Below, one piece after another: positions 52,303 to 64,000 of a stretch of 64,000 nt of DNA. The stretch comes from Paraspadella gotoi (taxonomy: Eukaryota > Animalia > Chaetognatha), in contig CM119263.1 in NCBI GenBank assembly GCA_051294375.1, forward strand, positions 27,316,264-27,380,263, in the 5' to 3' direction. The position numbers and the translations under genes are program-made. Under the pieces are notes generated by a model. It worked only from the letters and a program-made list of their open reading frames with translations, did no database searches and was not told where the DNA came from. Position 1 is the first letter of the stretch. Every line of letters starts with the position of its first letter.

Positions 52303-53839
52303 CCAATACAAATCCCCCACAAAGACCCACTCCAAACGCATTAAAGACCCACTTATCTTTAAAACCTTTCCGCCATTGTCTTCCACGTTCTTCGAAAAGA
52401 GAGAGCGAATTTTTTTTTCTTTTTTAAAATCTCGACACTTTTTTTTATTTCAGCGAAAGCAATAAATGAATTTATCCAAACTTGAACTATCTGTATAAAA
52501 AATATTCCTCAGTTAATTGGTTGTAAACTATTATAGTTATTATATTCTTTTAATCTGAAAAAAACTTAATTAATTACGTTTTTATTTACGAAAAGGGAGG
52601 AACCACCCCGAACATCTAACTGACTGGGTGATTATAGTGAAGTGAGTAAGTAGTGCAGACAACAGTAAGTGCAGACAGGTAAAGTGCATTCAGGATACAG
52701 TGCGGACAGGAAGAGTGCTCAATCCTAGCGTGACCACTAGTTCGGTGATGACAAGAGACCACACTCTGATGCGCAGTTGACGCCTGCACTATGTACATCG
52801 GTTTATCATTGTCACCTGATTTCCTCCACGTCGTTGTTATGAGGCTTTTGAATTTTATTTCCGTCGCATTTGAAATGAAATTATCTTTTGTCGCAAACTG
52901 TAAATCCTTCGTTCTTATATAATTATTTTTTTAATGTTGCTCAATTAAATTTTTAGATGTATACCTTGTTCCTTTCGGTCATCTTTCTATTTTATTTCGT
53001 TTTAATTTCTCGTATTCCAGCCAAATTCGTAAAATCAAGTTAAGAAACTGTCGCTAATTACACTGCAATATGTAAATGAGATTAAAGAGTCGTACCGTAA
53101 TCGAGTGGAAGAAAGAAAAAGAAAAGAGAAGGCATATAAGTGCTTGTTTTCAGCGACGAGAGTGAGAAGAAGAGATTCAATATTTTTAAATTGTTTACTT
53201 GTGGCAGAGGACAAACGCGGACTTTGAGGAGAGAGAGAGAGAGGAGAGGAGGAGACGATGAGAGAAGAGAGAGAGAGAGAGGGAGAGAGAGAGACNNNNN
53301 NNNNNNNNNNNNNNNNNNNNNNNNNNNNNNNNNNNNNNNNNNNAACTCGACGATGAAAAAGTCATCCGGAGAAAAAGAAAGAAAATATAACCGAAAAAGA
53401 AAAAAAAAGTTGTTAAATTCATTTGGAATCGGCGCCGAAATTTTAGTTTCCCCTTTTTCTTTTCTCCTTTTTTTTTTCTGGATCGGTGCCATCCTCACTT
53501 AACACTTCATAATTCTGTCGCGATAAAAAAAAGACATAAACAATCTAGGAAAAGACAACATTTTTTTTTCTTTTTTTGACAAATCATATTTTCTTAAAAT
53601 ATGGGAAAGAGAGGTAGTTAAAAATGTAATTCGTAAAACGAGCCACTATTATACACTTTAAAACGCGTCAGTTTCCAGCCGTTGTATTCTTCATTATATT
53701 TACTTCTTTTCATCCTACTATTATTTATTTACAGAACTAAAAAATCGTTTACTTAAATTAAGCCATTCCTTATCTCGACAGATCGCGTTCCCCTTTTGTT
53801 TTCTTCTCATTTTTTTTTTCATCTGCGCATAAAGAGCCG

Positions 53840-56560
53840 ACGTACAGACCGACGCATGCGTACGACTGACGACGGACGATCCCCTTAACTGCATTCGACC
53901 CCAAAGAATACGACCAAGACGCTGAAACAACGAAGGAAAAACACAGAAGACAAAACCTAACAGAATCCAAAAGAAGAAAGAAGAAGGAAAAGAAAACCCA
54001 AACGAAATTCCGAGGCACGAAAAATCTCTGGAACAGGAGCATTCAACTTGTTCCTACCGCAATCAAAGCGGAAGATGGCACTGTGATATCACCTCACCGA
54101 ACAACTGACAACTCAGACTGCGTTCGGGCGGAAGGGGGGGCGGTGGGCAGGTTGGGGCGGTGTCTCTGAGATCGTCAAATGATCGAAAAGAAAAGACATA
54201 AAGGCTCAACGTGATGGGAAATGCAATTCAAACGGATCACTACGCAATCCATACGATGATAGTCTTTTAAGACACTCCTAAAAATTAAATGAATGATCAA
54301 CAATATTGAAGTCCCAAAAGATTGTGTTTCGCCAAGAACTAAAGAGTCCATATAGTGTGTTTGGGCGAAAAGAGAAACACTCTTGTGTCAAACATTAAGC
54401 ATCCTTCTGCCTGGCAACGATGAAGCGCTGCCCTTGCCGTAACTTACTCTCAGAACACTAATGCACAGCCAAACCACAAACAACTTCACGTAACTCCGAA
54501 GGCCTCACATACGGAATCGAGAGTGAGCCGATAAGGAAAAAATCCCCTGATTCACTGTTTGTGATAACAGCGGCGCATCGTGAATCATCACGTTGAGCGA
54601 CGCTTGTGGGTGACGATCACGTTGACGACTTCGGTGACGACTCACCTCGTGCTATCCGTCACCCGCTACAGCAAATAATATGAATTAGCTAATCACGTGC
54701 AGCCTAGTTTGGTCGAAGCCACATACATAGGCAACAGCAGCGGCTCGCGTGCCGAGGAAAATAGTTTTGGAAGGACAGAGATAGCGCACGAGAGAGAGAG
54801 GCCGGCCAGAGAGTAAAGGGAGAGAAAAGAGAAAGAGCATATGACGACGACGATGAAGACGAGGACAAGAAGCAGTACTCGAGAGAGAGAGGATCTCGAC
54901 TGAGAACATGACAGAGAGAGGAGCGAGGAGATAGACGATGAGAGAGTACTCCCGACTGCGTACCTTCCGTCTAACTCCTCTCCCAATTTCCTCTCCCCCA
55001 CACCCCATAATTCGCAATCGCGCATTGCCAGCTGTCGAATTCGAGGCAACAAATGCTTCGACTCGTTTAATTTTTCCACCCCCGCTCTCTCCTCTCTCTC
55101 CTCTTCGCTCTCTCTCTCTGACTAGCTCTCTCTCTCTCTCTTCTCTCTCGTCTCTACTCTCTCTCTCTCTCTGTTTTACCCAAGGAAAGGTGGAAGGATA
55201 TCCAGCGGGTGCGCAACAGAAAGGCGAATCAGAAGAACACACTTAAGCCGCCGCGGATCGCATTCTCATGCAGGAGCCGGGGGAGTTGGTTGAGTGGGGG
55301 ATAGACATCGGACATCGGTAAAAGAGCGGGATAAAACACAGGTGGTCAACTCGGTCCACTGGCGTGGAGCCCGTTAAGCGACGACGGGTTGGGTTCGGGA
55401 ATAAGGAAAAAAAAAACTTAACCTTCACCTTTTGTCCCTTTTTTTTTTCCTTTTTTCACTTTTCCTTTTTTTTCTTTCTTTCTTTCTTCAATGCGCATCT
55501 GTAACATAAACCCACGCGCAACCCTCATTTCAACCACTTCCCCACTCTCCACCCTACCGACCATCAACGCCCCCACCCATTCGCTTTTTTACCTTCATGA
55601 ACCGCCCGGGTGGAAAGGGCGATGCGGCGGTCACGCCTCAATCTCTGACTTTTTTTTCCCTCTCTGAAAAAAAACTAACCGATTCCAATTTTCTTCCCCT
55701 AAATTTCGGGGGCGGATTTCTTTCTTTATTTCCTTTTTTTATTGAAGAGGGGGCCCCCGAGGGCCAGTCCCGTGGATGGCCGGCCCGACGGGGCAGCCCG
55801 CCGAGTGCGGCGTGGGCCGTATTAAGAGCGGACCGCTCATAGGGATTCGCGGTCAAACGAGACCAGAAAATTGCTGGGGGGGAAGGAGAAAAAAGTTAAT
55901 GTGANNNNNNNNNNNNNNNNNNNNNNNNNTTTCCCGCCACGGAGCCGTGTTTGTATTTGCTGACCAAACATTGCATTTAGTTTCTTATTGTGACGGGACG
56001 ATCACGTGATCGTCACCGAATCGTCACGTGATCGTCACCGAATCGTCACGTGATGTCGTCCGCGTTATAACGTGAATCGGGATTTTTTCGTCATTCGATC
56101 CGATTGACCTTCGGGTTTCTAGTTGTTGTTGTTGTTCATCGATTCCCGCCAGAAGGATGTAATTGACCAAGTTTTCTTTTCCCAAACAATATATGACTTC
56201 TTTTCAAAATTTTTGGCTTAATATTTATCAATATTAATTTTTAGATTTTAAAACTTATCGATGGCATCGTTTAATTCATTCACTTCCTTTTTCTTTTCTT
56301 TTCATTTCGATCTCAAAACCCCCACCTGCCCACCGCCCCCCCTTCGCCAACCGTGAATTCAGTTGTTGTTGTGATTCACAGTCCTTTGTTGCGGTACATT
56401 AGCTCCTTTCAAGATTTTTCTGCCTCGGAATTTCTTTGGGTTTTTTCTTTTCTTTCTTTTTTTTTCTTTAGTTTTGTCTTTTTTTTTTCCTTTTTCTCTG
56501 GTTCGTATTTTTGGGTCGAAGAGTACAGGGGAATCGTCGTCGTCGTCGTCATCGTCGTCG
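53840..56560. repeat. Inverted duplication: ~53840-54760 is an insertion-rich reverse complement of 55930-56560
   Basis: gaaaacccaaacgaaattccgaggcacgaaaaatct (~53992) is the reverse complement of agatttttctgcctcggaatttctttgggttttttc (~56412). gaagggggggcggtgggcaggt (54131) pairs with acctgcccaccgccccccttc (~56324). 25-N gap at 55905-55929. Confidence 0.85.
56002..56053. repeat. 22-bp tandem repeat carrying three TCACGTGA palindromes
   Basis: Unit TCACGTGATCGTCACCGAATCG; TCACGTGA starts at 56002, 56024 and 56046. Confidence 0.85.
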
Positions 56561-56738
56561 TCGTCCTCTTTATCATAGAAGTCCATAGTTTGGCATCGTC
56601 ACGGTTGTCATCGTTACCGTCATCGTTCTTTTTGGATGGAACCGTCATCCTTGTCAGTCGAAAACGACGACTCCTGTCATCGCGTTGTATTTATGATTGA
56701 AGCAGATCGGATAATTGGCATTACTATCTCTCGATAAT

Positions 56739-56773
<35 letters not shown>

Positions 56774-57556
56774 NNNNNNNNNNNNNNNNNNNNNNNNNNN
56801 NNNNNNNNNNNNNNNNNNNNNNNNNNNNNNNNNNNNNNNNNNNNNNNNNNNNNNNNNNNNNNNNNNNNNNNNNNNNNNNNNNNNNNNNNNNNNNNNNNNN
56901 NNNNNNNNNNNNNNNNNNNNNNNNNNNNNNNNNNNNNNNNNNNNNNNNNNNNNNNNNNNNNNNNNNNNNNNNNNNNNNNNNNNNNNNNNNNNNNNNNNNN
57001 NNNNNNNNNNNNNNNNNNNNNNNNNNNNNNNNNNNNNNNNNNNNNNNNNNNNNNNNNNNNNNNNNNNNNNNNNNNNNNNNNNNNNNNNNNNNNNNNNNNN
57101 NNNNNNNNNNNNNNNNNNNCCCCCCCCTTCCTAATACAATTCTCTCAGGAACGCCATTATTTTTACTACGTATATTATAACCGTCTCTTTTTCTCTCTCA
57201 ACATTCAAAAAATTTAGAAAAAAAAAATTAAAAAAATTTAGAGAAAAAAAAAGAAACTTTGATCCGCCCATCCATTCATCACGGGCTTCTTGATTAGCGA
57301 AGCCATTTTGCGTGTAAATCTCTCTCTCTCAATCTTTCTTTCTCTTTAAATCTCTGTCTCTCTCCCTCTCTCTCAATCGACGAGCGGAGCAAATAATGTC
57401 TCCTCGGCCTAATTAGCCTCCGCCGATTAAGCGCAATTACTAATAACGAAGAGTTATTAGGTTAGCATCATTTTTTTTTTATTATTATTCCTGTTTGTTG
57501 TAGTTTTAGTCGCGAAGAAACACGTCAACGTGTGTTGTTGGCCTTTCGCGAGCGGA

Positions 57557-57605
<49 letters not shown>

Positions 57606-59698
57606 GGAGAGAGAGACGGTGATGTTTTTTGAACCCATCTCCGCGCGAACTTATTACCGCGGAAAGGGAGACCTGTCTATACTTATTACCCCCAAGGGGA
57701 AAAAAAAGACCTCTCTTTTCTTTTTTCGGTTAATGAGGAATCGAAAGACCTCTCTTTTGTCATTACCACGTCAACGCTGAGGTATTTAAGGGTCCTCGCC
57801 TGTCTCATTAGCTGAATCGAATTAATTTTATCAATCGTTAATTTTATTTAAACTATTTCTTGAGCGAGGGCAGTAGGATATAAATCATGGAACTAATAAA
57901 AGGATTTTCTTTTGTAAATTCAACAATGATTTTATATATATTTTTTGGGAAAAAATGAATCTATCCTTTTTCGGTTAGCCCCTTAAAATTCCTCTCTCTT
58001 CGCCCCTATCATAAATTATCTCTTTTTGTCAAAACCAACATTGATCAGAACATCTCTTTCCTCGTTAGGACCTTTCTTTCTTCATTAGAACCCCCGATCC
58101 TAATTATGTATCGTCACGTCCTTTTTTCACTTCTTTTTTCTGTCTCAAATTAAAAAAAAATACAAAATTTTATTTTACAAATTTTTTTCAAAAAAAAAAT
58201 TATCCCTGGGTTTTAAAAGGATTTTGCGTTTTTTTGGGCCGAGAGAGAATTTGAGGGATATGATAAAAGGACTTGTGGAAGTTGTGATAGAGGGGCCTGT
58301 GATAGATGGATGAGACGAGAGAGAGGTAGTTGGTGAGAGGGGATTGACGGTGAAACTAAGTGATCATGTGAAAAAAATAAAGGACGATTCGGAGAAAACG
58401 TCAAGGTTGTTCTATGGGGCGAAAGAACAAGAAAACAGGAAATGAGTTGATTATGTTCCATGGGAGTAAGTAATCCTTTTGGACAAAGGGTTAAGAGTGA
58501 GTGAGTGGGTGAGTGAGAAGGGTAAGGAGTCGGGTGGGTAAGGGGCGATGGGTGGGGCCTACGGCTTTTTTTTTGTTACGGACGTCGATTTAGTTCCGAA
58601 GCGGAGGTCGTTGCCCACGCCGCTGCCGCTTCCGCCGCCGCTTCCGCTGCCGCTTCCGAGAGACAGACGACCGAACTGAAAAAAAAATGTGAAGTCGGTN
58701 NNNNNNNNNNNNNNNNNNNNNNNNNNNNNNNNNNNNNNNNNNNNNNNNNNNNNNNNNNNNNNNNNNNNNNNNNNNNNNNNNNNNNNNNNNNNNNNNNNNN
58801 NNNNNNNNNNNNNNNNNNNNNNNNNNNNNNNNNNNNNNNNNNNNNNNNNNNNNNNNNNNNNNNNNNNNNNNNNNNNNNNNNNNNNNNNNNNNNNNNNNNN
58901 NNNNNNNNNNNNNNNNNNNNNNNNNNNNNNNNNNNNNNNNNNNNNNNNNNNNNNNNNNNNNNNNNNNNNNNNNNNNNNNNNNNNNNNNNNNNNNNNNNNN
59001 NNNNNNNNNNNNNNNNNNNNNNNNNNNNNNNNNNNNNNNNNNNNNNNNNNNNNNNNNNNNNNNNNNNNNNNNNNNNNNNNNNNNNNNNNNNNNNNNNNNN
59101 NNNNNNNNNNNNNNNNNNNNNNNNNNNNNNNNNNNNNNNNNNNNNNNNNNNNNNNNNNNNNNNNNNNNNNNNNNNNNNNNNNNNNNNNNNNNNNNNNNNN
59201 NNNNNNNNNNNNNNNNNNNNNNNNNNNNNNNNNNNNNNNNNNNNNNNNNNNNNNNNNNNNNNNNNNNNNNNNNNNNNNNNNNNNNNNNNNNNNNNNNNNN
59301 NNNNNNNNNNNNNNNNNNNNNNNNNNNNNNNNNNNNNNNNNNNNNNNNNNNNNNNNNNNNNNNNNNNNNNNNNNNNNNNNNNNNNNNNNNNNNNNNNNNN
59401 NNNNNNNNNNNNNNNNNNNNNNNNNTGAGGGTGGCGCCTGTGCCACCAAAAGTACTCCCATTCCCATCTTAACTGGGTTCCCCTGTAAAATTCTAACTCG
59501 TCCCCTCCACGACCGCAATCTCATCTCTCTCCAAAGACCCGCCAACCCCACTCCCTTTCCACTCCCCCACCCAATCCTACTCCCCCACACCCCAAACCTT
59601 TTTACGGACTAACCTTCAAATATTCATGGTCGCATTTTTAAATCCGAATTCTTCATTCCGCCCAAAAAAAAAAGCCCATCTGCGCCTCTTTTTGTTGG

Positions 59699-59737
<39 letters not shown>

Positions 59738-62699
59738 GTTTAGTGAATCTTAAATTCGCTCCTCCGATTATCTTTAGATTTGACTCGTTTTAAAAAAGGT
59801 GAGGAAAGGTTGGACGGGTTTAGGGGGTTTAGGTGGAATAGTGGTTTTGGAAAATGGGTGGTTGTTGACACCGCCGCCCAAAACAAAGGCCTCTCGTTGG
59901 ATTCTCGATTCTGTTTTATCATTGACGTCTCTCCTTTTCTCCTTTCCTCCTTTCCTTATTTCCTCCTCTCTCCCCTTTCCTCCACCCTACCCCCTATCTC
60001 ACCCTCCTATCCCTTCTTTCCCCTTCCCCGATTATTATATGACCACTCTACCATCTCGGCGAATGGAAGGGAACAGAAAAAAAAAGAATTGGTGAACATT
60101 TGGTGAAGTCGACGACGACGATGATCACGTGATCGCGCGTGAGACGCCCGCTCGTCATCGCGATTCGCCCGATGGGGTCCTTGTCTTCTTCTCTCCTTCT
60201 CTTCTTTTTATTTTCTTCTCTCCTTCTCGTCTTTTTCTTTTCTTCTCTCCTTCTCTTCTTTTTATTTTCTTCTCTCCTTNNNNNNNNNNNNNNNNNNNNN
60301 NNNNNNNNNNNNNNNNNNNNNNNNNNNNNNNNNNNNNNNNNNNNNNNNNNNNNNNNNNNNNNNNNNNNNNNNNNNNNNNNNNNNNNNNNNNNNNNNNNNN
60401 NNNNNNNNNNNNNNNNNNNNNNNNNNNNNNNNNNNNNNNNNNNNNNNNNNNNNNNNNNNNNNNNNNNNNNNNNNNNNNNNNNNNNNNNNNNNNNNNNNNN
60501 NNNNNNNNNNNNNNNNNNNNNNNNNNNNNNNNNNNNNNNNNNNNNNNNNNNNNNNNNNNNNNNNNNNNNNNNNNNNNNNNNNNNNNNNNNNNNNNNNNNN
60601 NNNNNNNNNNNNNNNNNNNNNNNNNNNNNNNNNNNNNNNNNNNNNNNNNNNNNNNNNNNNNNNNNNNNNNNNNNNNNNNNNNNNNNNNNNNNNNNNNNNN
60701 NNNNNNNNNNNNNNNNNNNNNNNNNNNNNNNNNNNNNNNNNNNNNNNNNNNNNNNNNNNNNNNNNNNNNNNNNNNNNNNNNNNNNNNNNNNNNNNNNNNN
60801 NNNNNNNNNNNNNNNNNNNNNNNNNNNNNNNNNNNNNNNNNNNNNNNNNNNNNNNNNNNNNNNNNNNNNNNNNNNNNNNNNNNNNNNNNNNNNNNNNNNN
60901 NNNNNNNNNNNNNNNNNNNNNNNNNNNNTCGTCGTCAGTAGCGTCAGTCATCGACGAGGATCGCCGCGTGGCACGAGAAATGACTCGTGGCGCCTCGTGA
61001 CACGGTCGCGCGTGACGGGAACCGCTGACCGTAACGAGACTACCTCCGTAGCGCCCCCCCCNNNNNNNNNNNNNGTGCGGCGCAATTACGGAACAAAAGG
61101 CGTCCCGTCGTTAGATTCGATTGAAATTCGCCCAACTCCCGCCGGATTCCATGATGTCGCTTGACGTTTTGTTTGTTTTTGTTTTTCCTTTTTTTGGTAT
61201 TGTTTTGTTTTCAGAAACCGCGCGCTTAAATTTCCGAGTTGAAAAAAAAAAGTTCAAAAAACTGAAAAACCCATTTTTAAAAAAAATTTACCGCTTGACG
61301 GAAGTTTTGTTTTCCAAAAAAATTCTCGTCGAAAAACAAAAGCAAAGGAGAGAAAGAAGAGACATTTGAAAGGAATTAATTGTTGTTTGGGACAAAAAAG
61401 TTGTCACGTGATCCTAATCGTGCGCGAGTCTTTCGAAAAACAAAAGACAAAAAAAGAGAACTGAATGAAAAATAAAAAAAGGTGAGAACATTTTTTTTTT
61501 TTAAATAAAGCGTGAGAAAAAAAAAAAAGAGTGACATAGTTGACTTCGTCTCATTTATCATTTTCGCATTTTGTGTCCATGAAAAAAAGACAGGGAACAG
61601 AATAGACAATCGACCAAAAATGATGAGTAAAGCGACGGATAGAAACGACAGTGAGACTGATTAAGACTGAATCGAAATGAAACATAAATTAACTGAAAGA
61701 GCGATTGAAAACAAAAATCGAAATAAAAATTCACGTCGTTTTTCTGAGTCCTTAAGATACGACTTCTCTGTCGGGGAAAGAGAAAATTATTATTCACAGT
61801 CTTTTTTATTTTCTATTTTATAAATTATGTTAATTTCCTGTNNNNNNNNNNNNNNNNNNNNNNNNNNNNNNNNNNNNNNNNNNNNNNNNNNNNNNNNNNN
61901 NNNNNNNNNNNNNNNNNNNNNNNNNNNNNNNNNNNNNNNNNNNNNNNNNNNNNNNNNNNNNNNNNNNNNNNNNNNNNNNNNNNNNNNNNNNNNNNNNNNN
62001 NNNNNNNNNNNNNNNNNNNNNNNNNNNNNNNNNNNNNNNNNNNNNNNNNNNNNNNNNNNNNNNNNNNNNNNNNNNNNNNNNNNNNNNNNNNNNNNNNNNN
62101 NNNNNNNNNNNTTTTTGGAGATAAATCTGTTTCCAACTTTCTTTCTTTAACACTTTCTATCCTTCTCTCTCTTTTTCTTTTTATTTATTTCTCTCTCTTT
62201 TTCTATATTTTTTTATATTTTTCTTTCCTTTTCGTATATTTTTAATCCTTGTTGGGTACAAATCGGTTTAAGAGTTGGCCTCAATATTTCTGTATTTGCT
62301 TATTATAGGAAAAGTTTTGCGTCTTTGTTTGTCAACTTTTTGTCGATCCATGATCCCGGATTACCACTTCCCGGCTCCGGATCCTCGCTTCCGGTTCCCA
62401 GTTCTCGATTCCCGATCCCGGCTTCCTCGCTTCCAGAATCCCGGGCTTTCGCGCGCCGGAAAAAGGACAGTAAAAAACAAAATGAAGGAAATAAATCAGT
62501 GACGGTGGCTCCGCCGGTCTCGACAATGGGAAAGAGCGGTTCGCGCTGACACAGGCGGGCGCCAGGGTTATTTTTTATTAGCGAAATTAATGGCGAGAAT
62601 AACAATACAGAAAAGCCATTAATACAAATGATTATATTGTTGTTTTCGCCTTTGCGAGGAGAAAGGTTGGCGCCAAGGTGGAGGGGCGTCATTGAACCA

Positions 62700-62725
62700 T
62701 TCCGCCAATCGGGTCAAAGGTCGCG
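62700..62725 (+). promoter_or_regulatory. CCAAT box adjacent to DR1-type nuclear receptor element
   Basis: CCAATC 62705-62710 followed directly by GGGTCA-A-AGGTCG 62711-62723 in a GC-rich island. Confidence 0.3.
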
Positions 62726-63190
62726 GCCCTTAAGGGAAGAGACCGCCCCGCCGGTCTCATGGGCCAAAAATGACCCCGGGCGGCGCACGGAATGCGCCGT
62801 CGTCGGCGGGTGCCGCACCGAGGTACACTGACTTAGGGAAAATCGAATTGGTTATTGTCGTTATTACTTGAATTTTTATCCCGGGAAATCGAAATTGTCT
62901 GGCGCGTCTGTCAGGTTCATTACAAGCCTGTCAAGGGAATCCCTAGATTATATCACTAACCTATGATTTTACCATAAATGTGGCGAAATCTTCACCATCA
63001 GCCGAACGATCTGCCTCATGATTATTAGTTGACCCGTATCTTGGGCCCCGTGCCCTGTAGATAAAGGCATTCGAAATCATCCTGCCGTATGGGAAAATCT
63101 GGACTTGCAATCTCCTGGCGTGCATTTATGATCTGCGCATGCGCGTGTGGACTTCGCCCAGCGGAACACTAATTCTATCCTCTCTCTCTC

Positions 63191-63225
<35 letters not shown>

Positions 63226-63482
63226 CTCCCTCTCTTCTTCTCTCTCTCTCTTCTAAGATTGATTCTAATTTCCCTTTCTTCCTAAATCCCTTAACTCATC
63301 ACCAAAATCTTCCTCTGCTTTTCAAATCTTTCTCCCACAATTTTATAAACGTCTTCCCCTTTCCAAACCGCCTCCTCTCTCTCTCGTTCGCTTTTCAAAC
63401 TTCTCCTTGTTTTGCCTCCCGAGTCGCAGAAAGGCATTTCCTCGGGTTTTATCGCGTAAGCAGCAATCGGTCTCCGTAAGAT

Positions 63483-63519
<37 letters not shown>

Positions 63520-64000
63520 AGTGAAGAGAGAGTTAGGGAGAGAGACGAAGAGAGAGAGAGAGAGATTTTTCATATTTTCGTTTCCGCTGTTGAAAAAATG
63601 CTTCGTTTACCTTTGTCGGCAGTAAGGAATTTTGATAGCCCTCAAACTGACTGAGTTATACTTAAAGTAAGAAGTAGTAAAATCAATTCTCTTGAAGGTC
63701 TTTATTGGATCTGAATATTTTATAATGCCTTCAAATGCCTCTATCGGTATTGGCTCACTCTATAATTTAATGTCGGTTAAATGTCCGTAAAGAAGCTCAA
63801 ATTAAAATGTTATACAGTAATATTTTAGTGAAAACTTTTAAATAGTGTGTAAAATGTAAAATGTTATATAAAACATAATACCTTCTTAAANNNNNNNNNN
63901 NNNNNNNNNNNNNNNCGAGATCGCAGATTTTAGCAACATATCAGAGAGCATCCTTGAAACAAAAATTAGTTTATTCATATACTAGTATAATTGGGTATAA

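Noticed and set aside
52744-52770. Box C (GTGATGA) / box D (CTGA) pair suggesting a C/D snoRNA
   Set aside because: Boxes are only ~15 nt apart with no terminal stem; too short.
55998-56054. CRISPR-like repeat array (also considered 8480-8520 and 563-595)
   Set aside because: Units are adjacent tandem copies without unique spacers; eukaryotic context; no cas genes.

Overview
This is eukaryotic, not prokaryotic, DNA: a gappy metazoan draft scaffold dense in (GA)n and (TCG)n microsatellites. An arthropod or crustacean source is an inference from composition only. The one well-supported protein-coding gene is an intronless plus-strand poly-C2H2 zinc-finger CDS (5781-7400, 13 C2H2 + 1 C2HC fingers). 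It is followed by decayed fingers in its 3' flank and a deleted tandem paralog remnant (7561-8190). The ORF track misses a frameshift-riddled, minus-strand L1/Tx1-clade non-LTR retrotransposon ORF2 (IEGIKIKGAERKVGVYVDDT at ~30763-30822, running down to ~28880). Its left flank is a stack of related 3'-UTR/poly(A) fragments punctuated by a recurring 14-bp putative target-site duplication. Much of 25.6-56.6 kb consists of indel-rich direct or inverted duplicates abutting exact 25-N gaps, most likely long-read gap-filling artefacts. The remainder looks intronic or regulatory: TF-motif clusters, a collinear inverted pair of splice-donor-bearing cassettes at 11.6-12.7 kb, and a candidate minus-strand poly-Ala exon at 23697-23906. 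I found no CRISPR array, rRNA or tRNA, and no convincing novel multi-gene system. The best leads are the stacked site-repeated LINE insertions and the inverted cassette pair.
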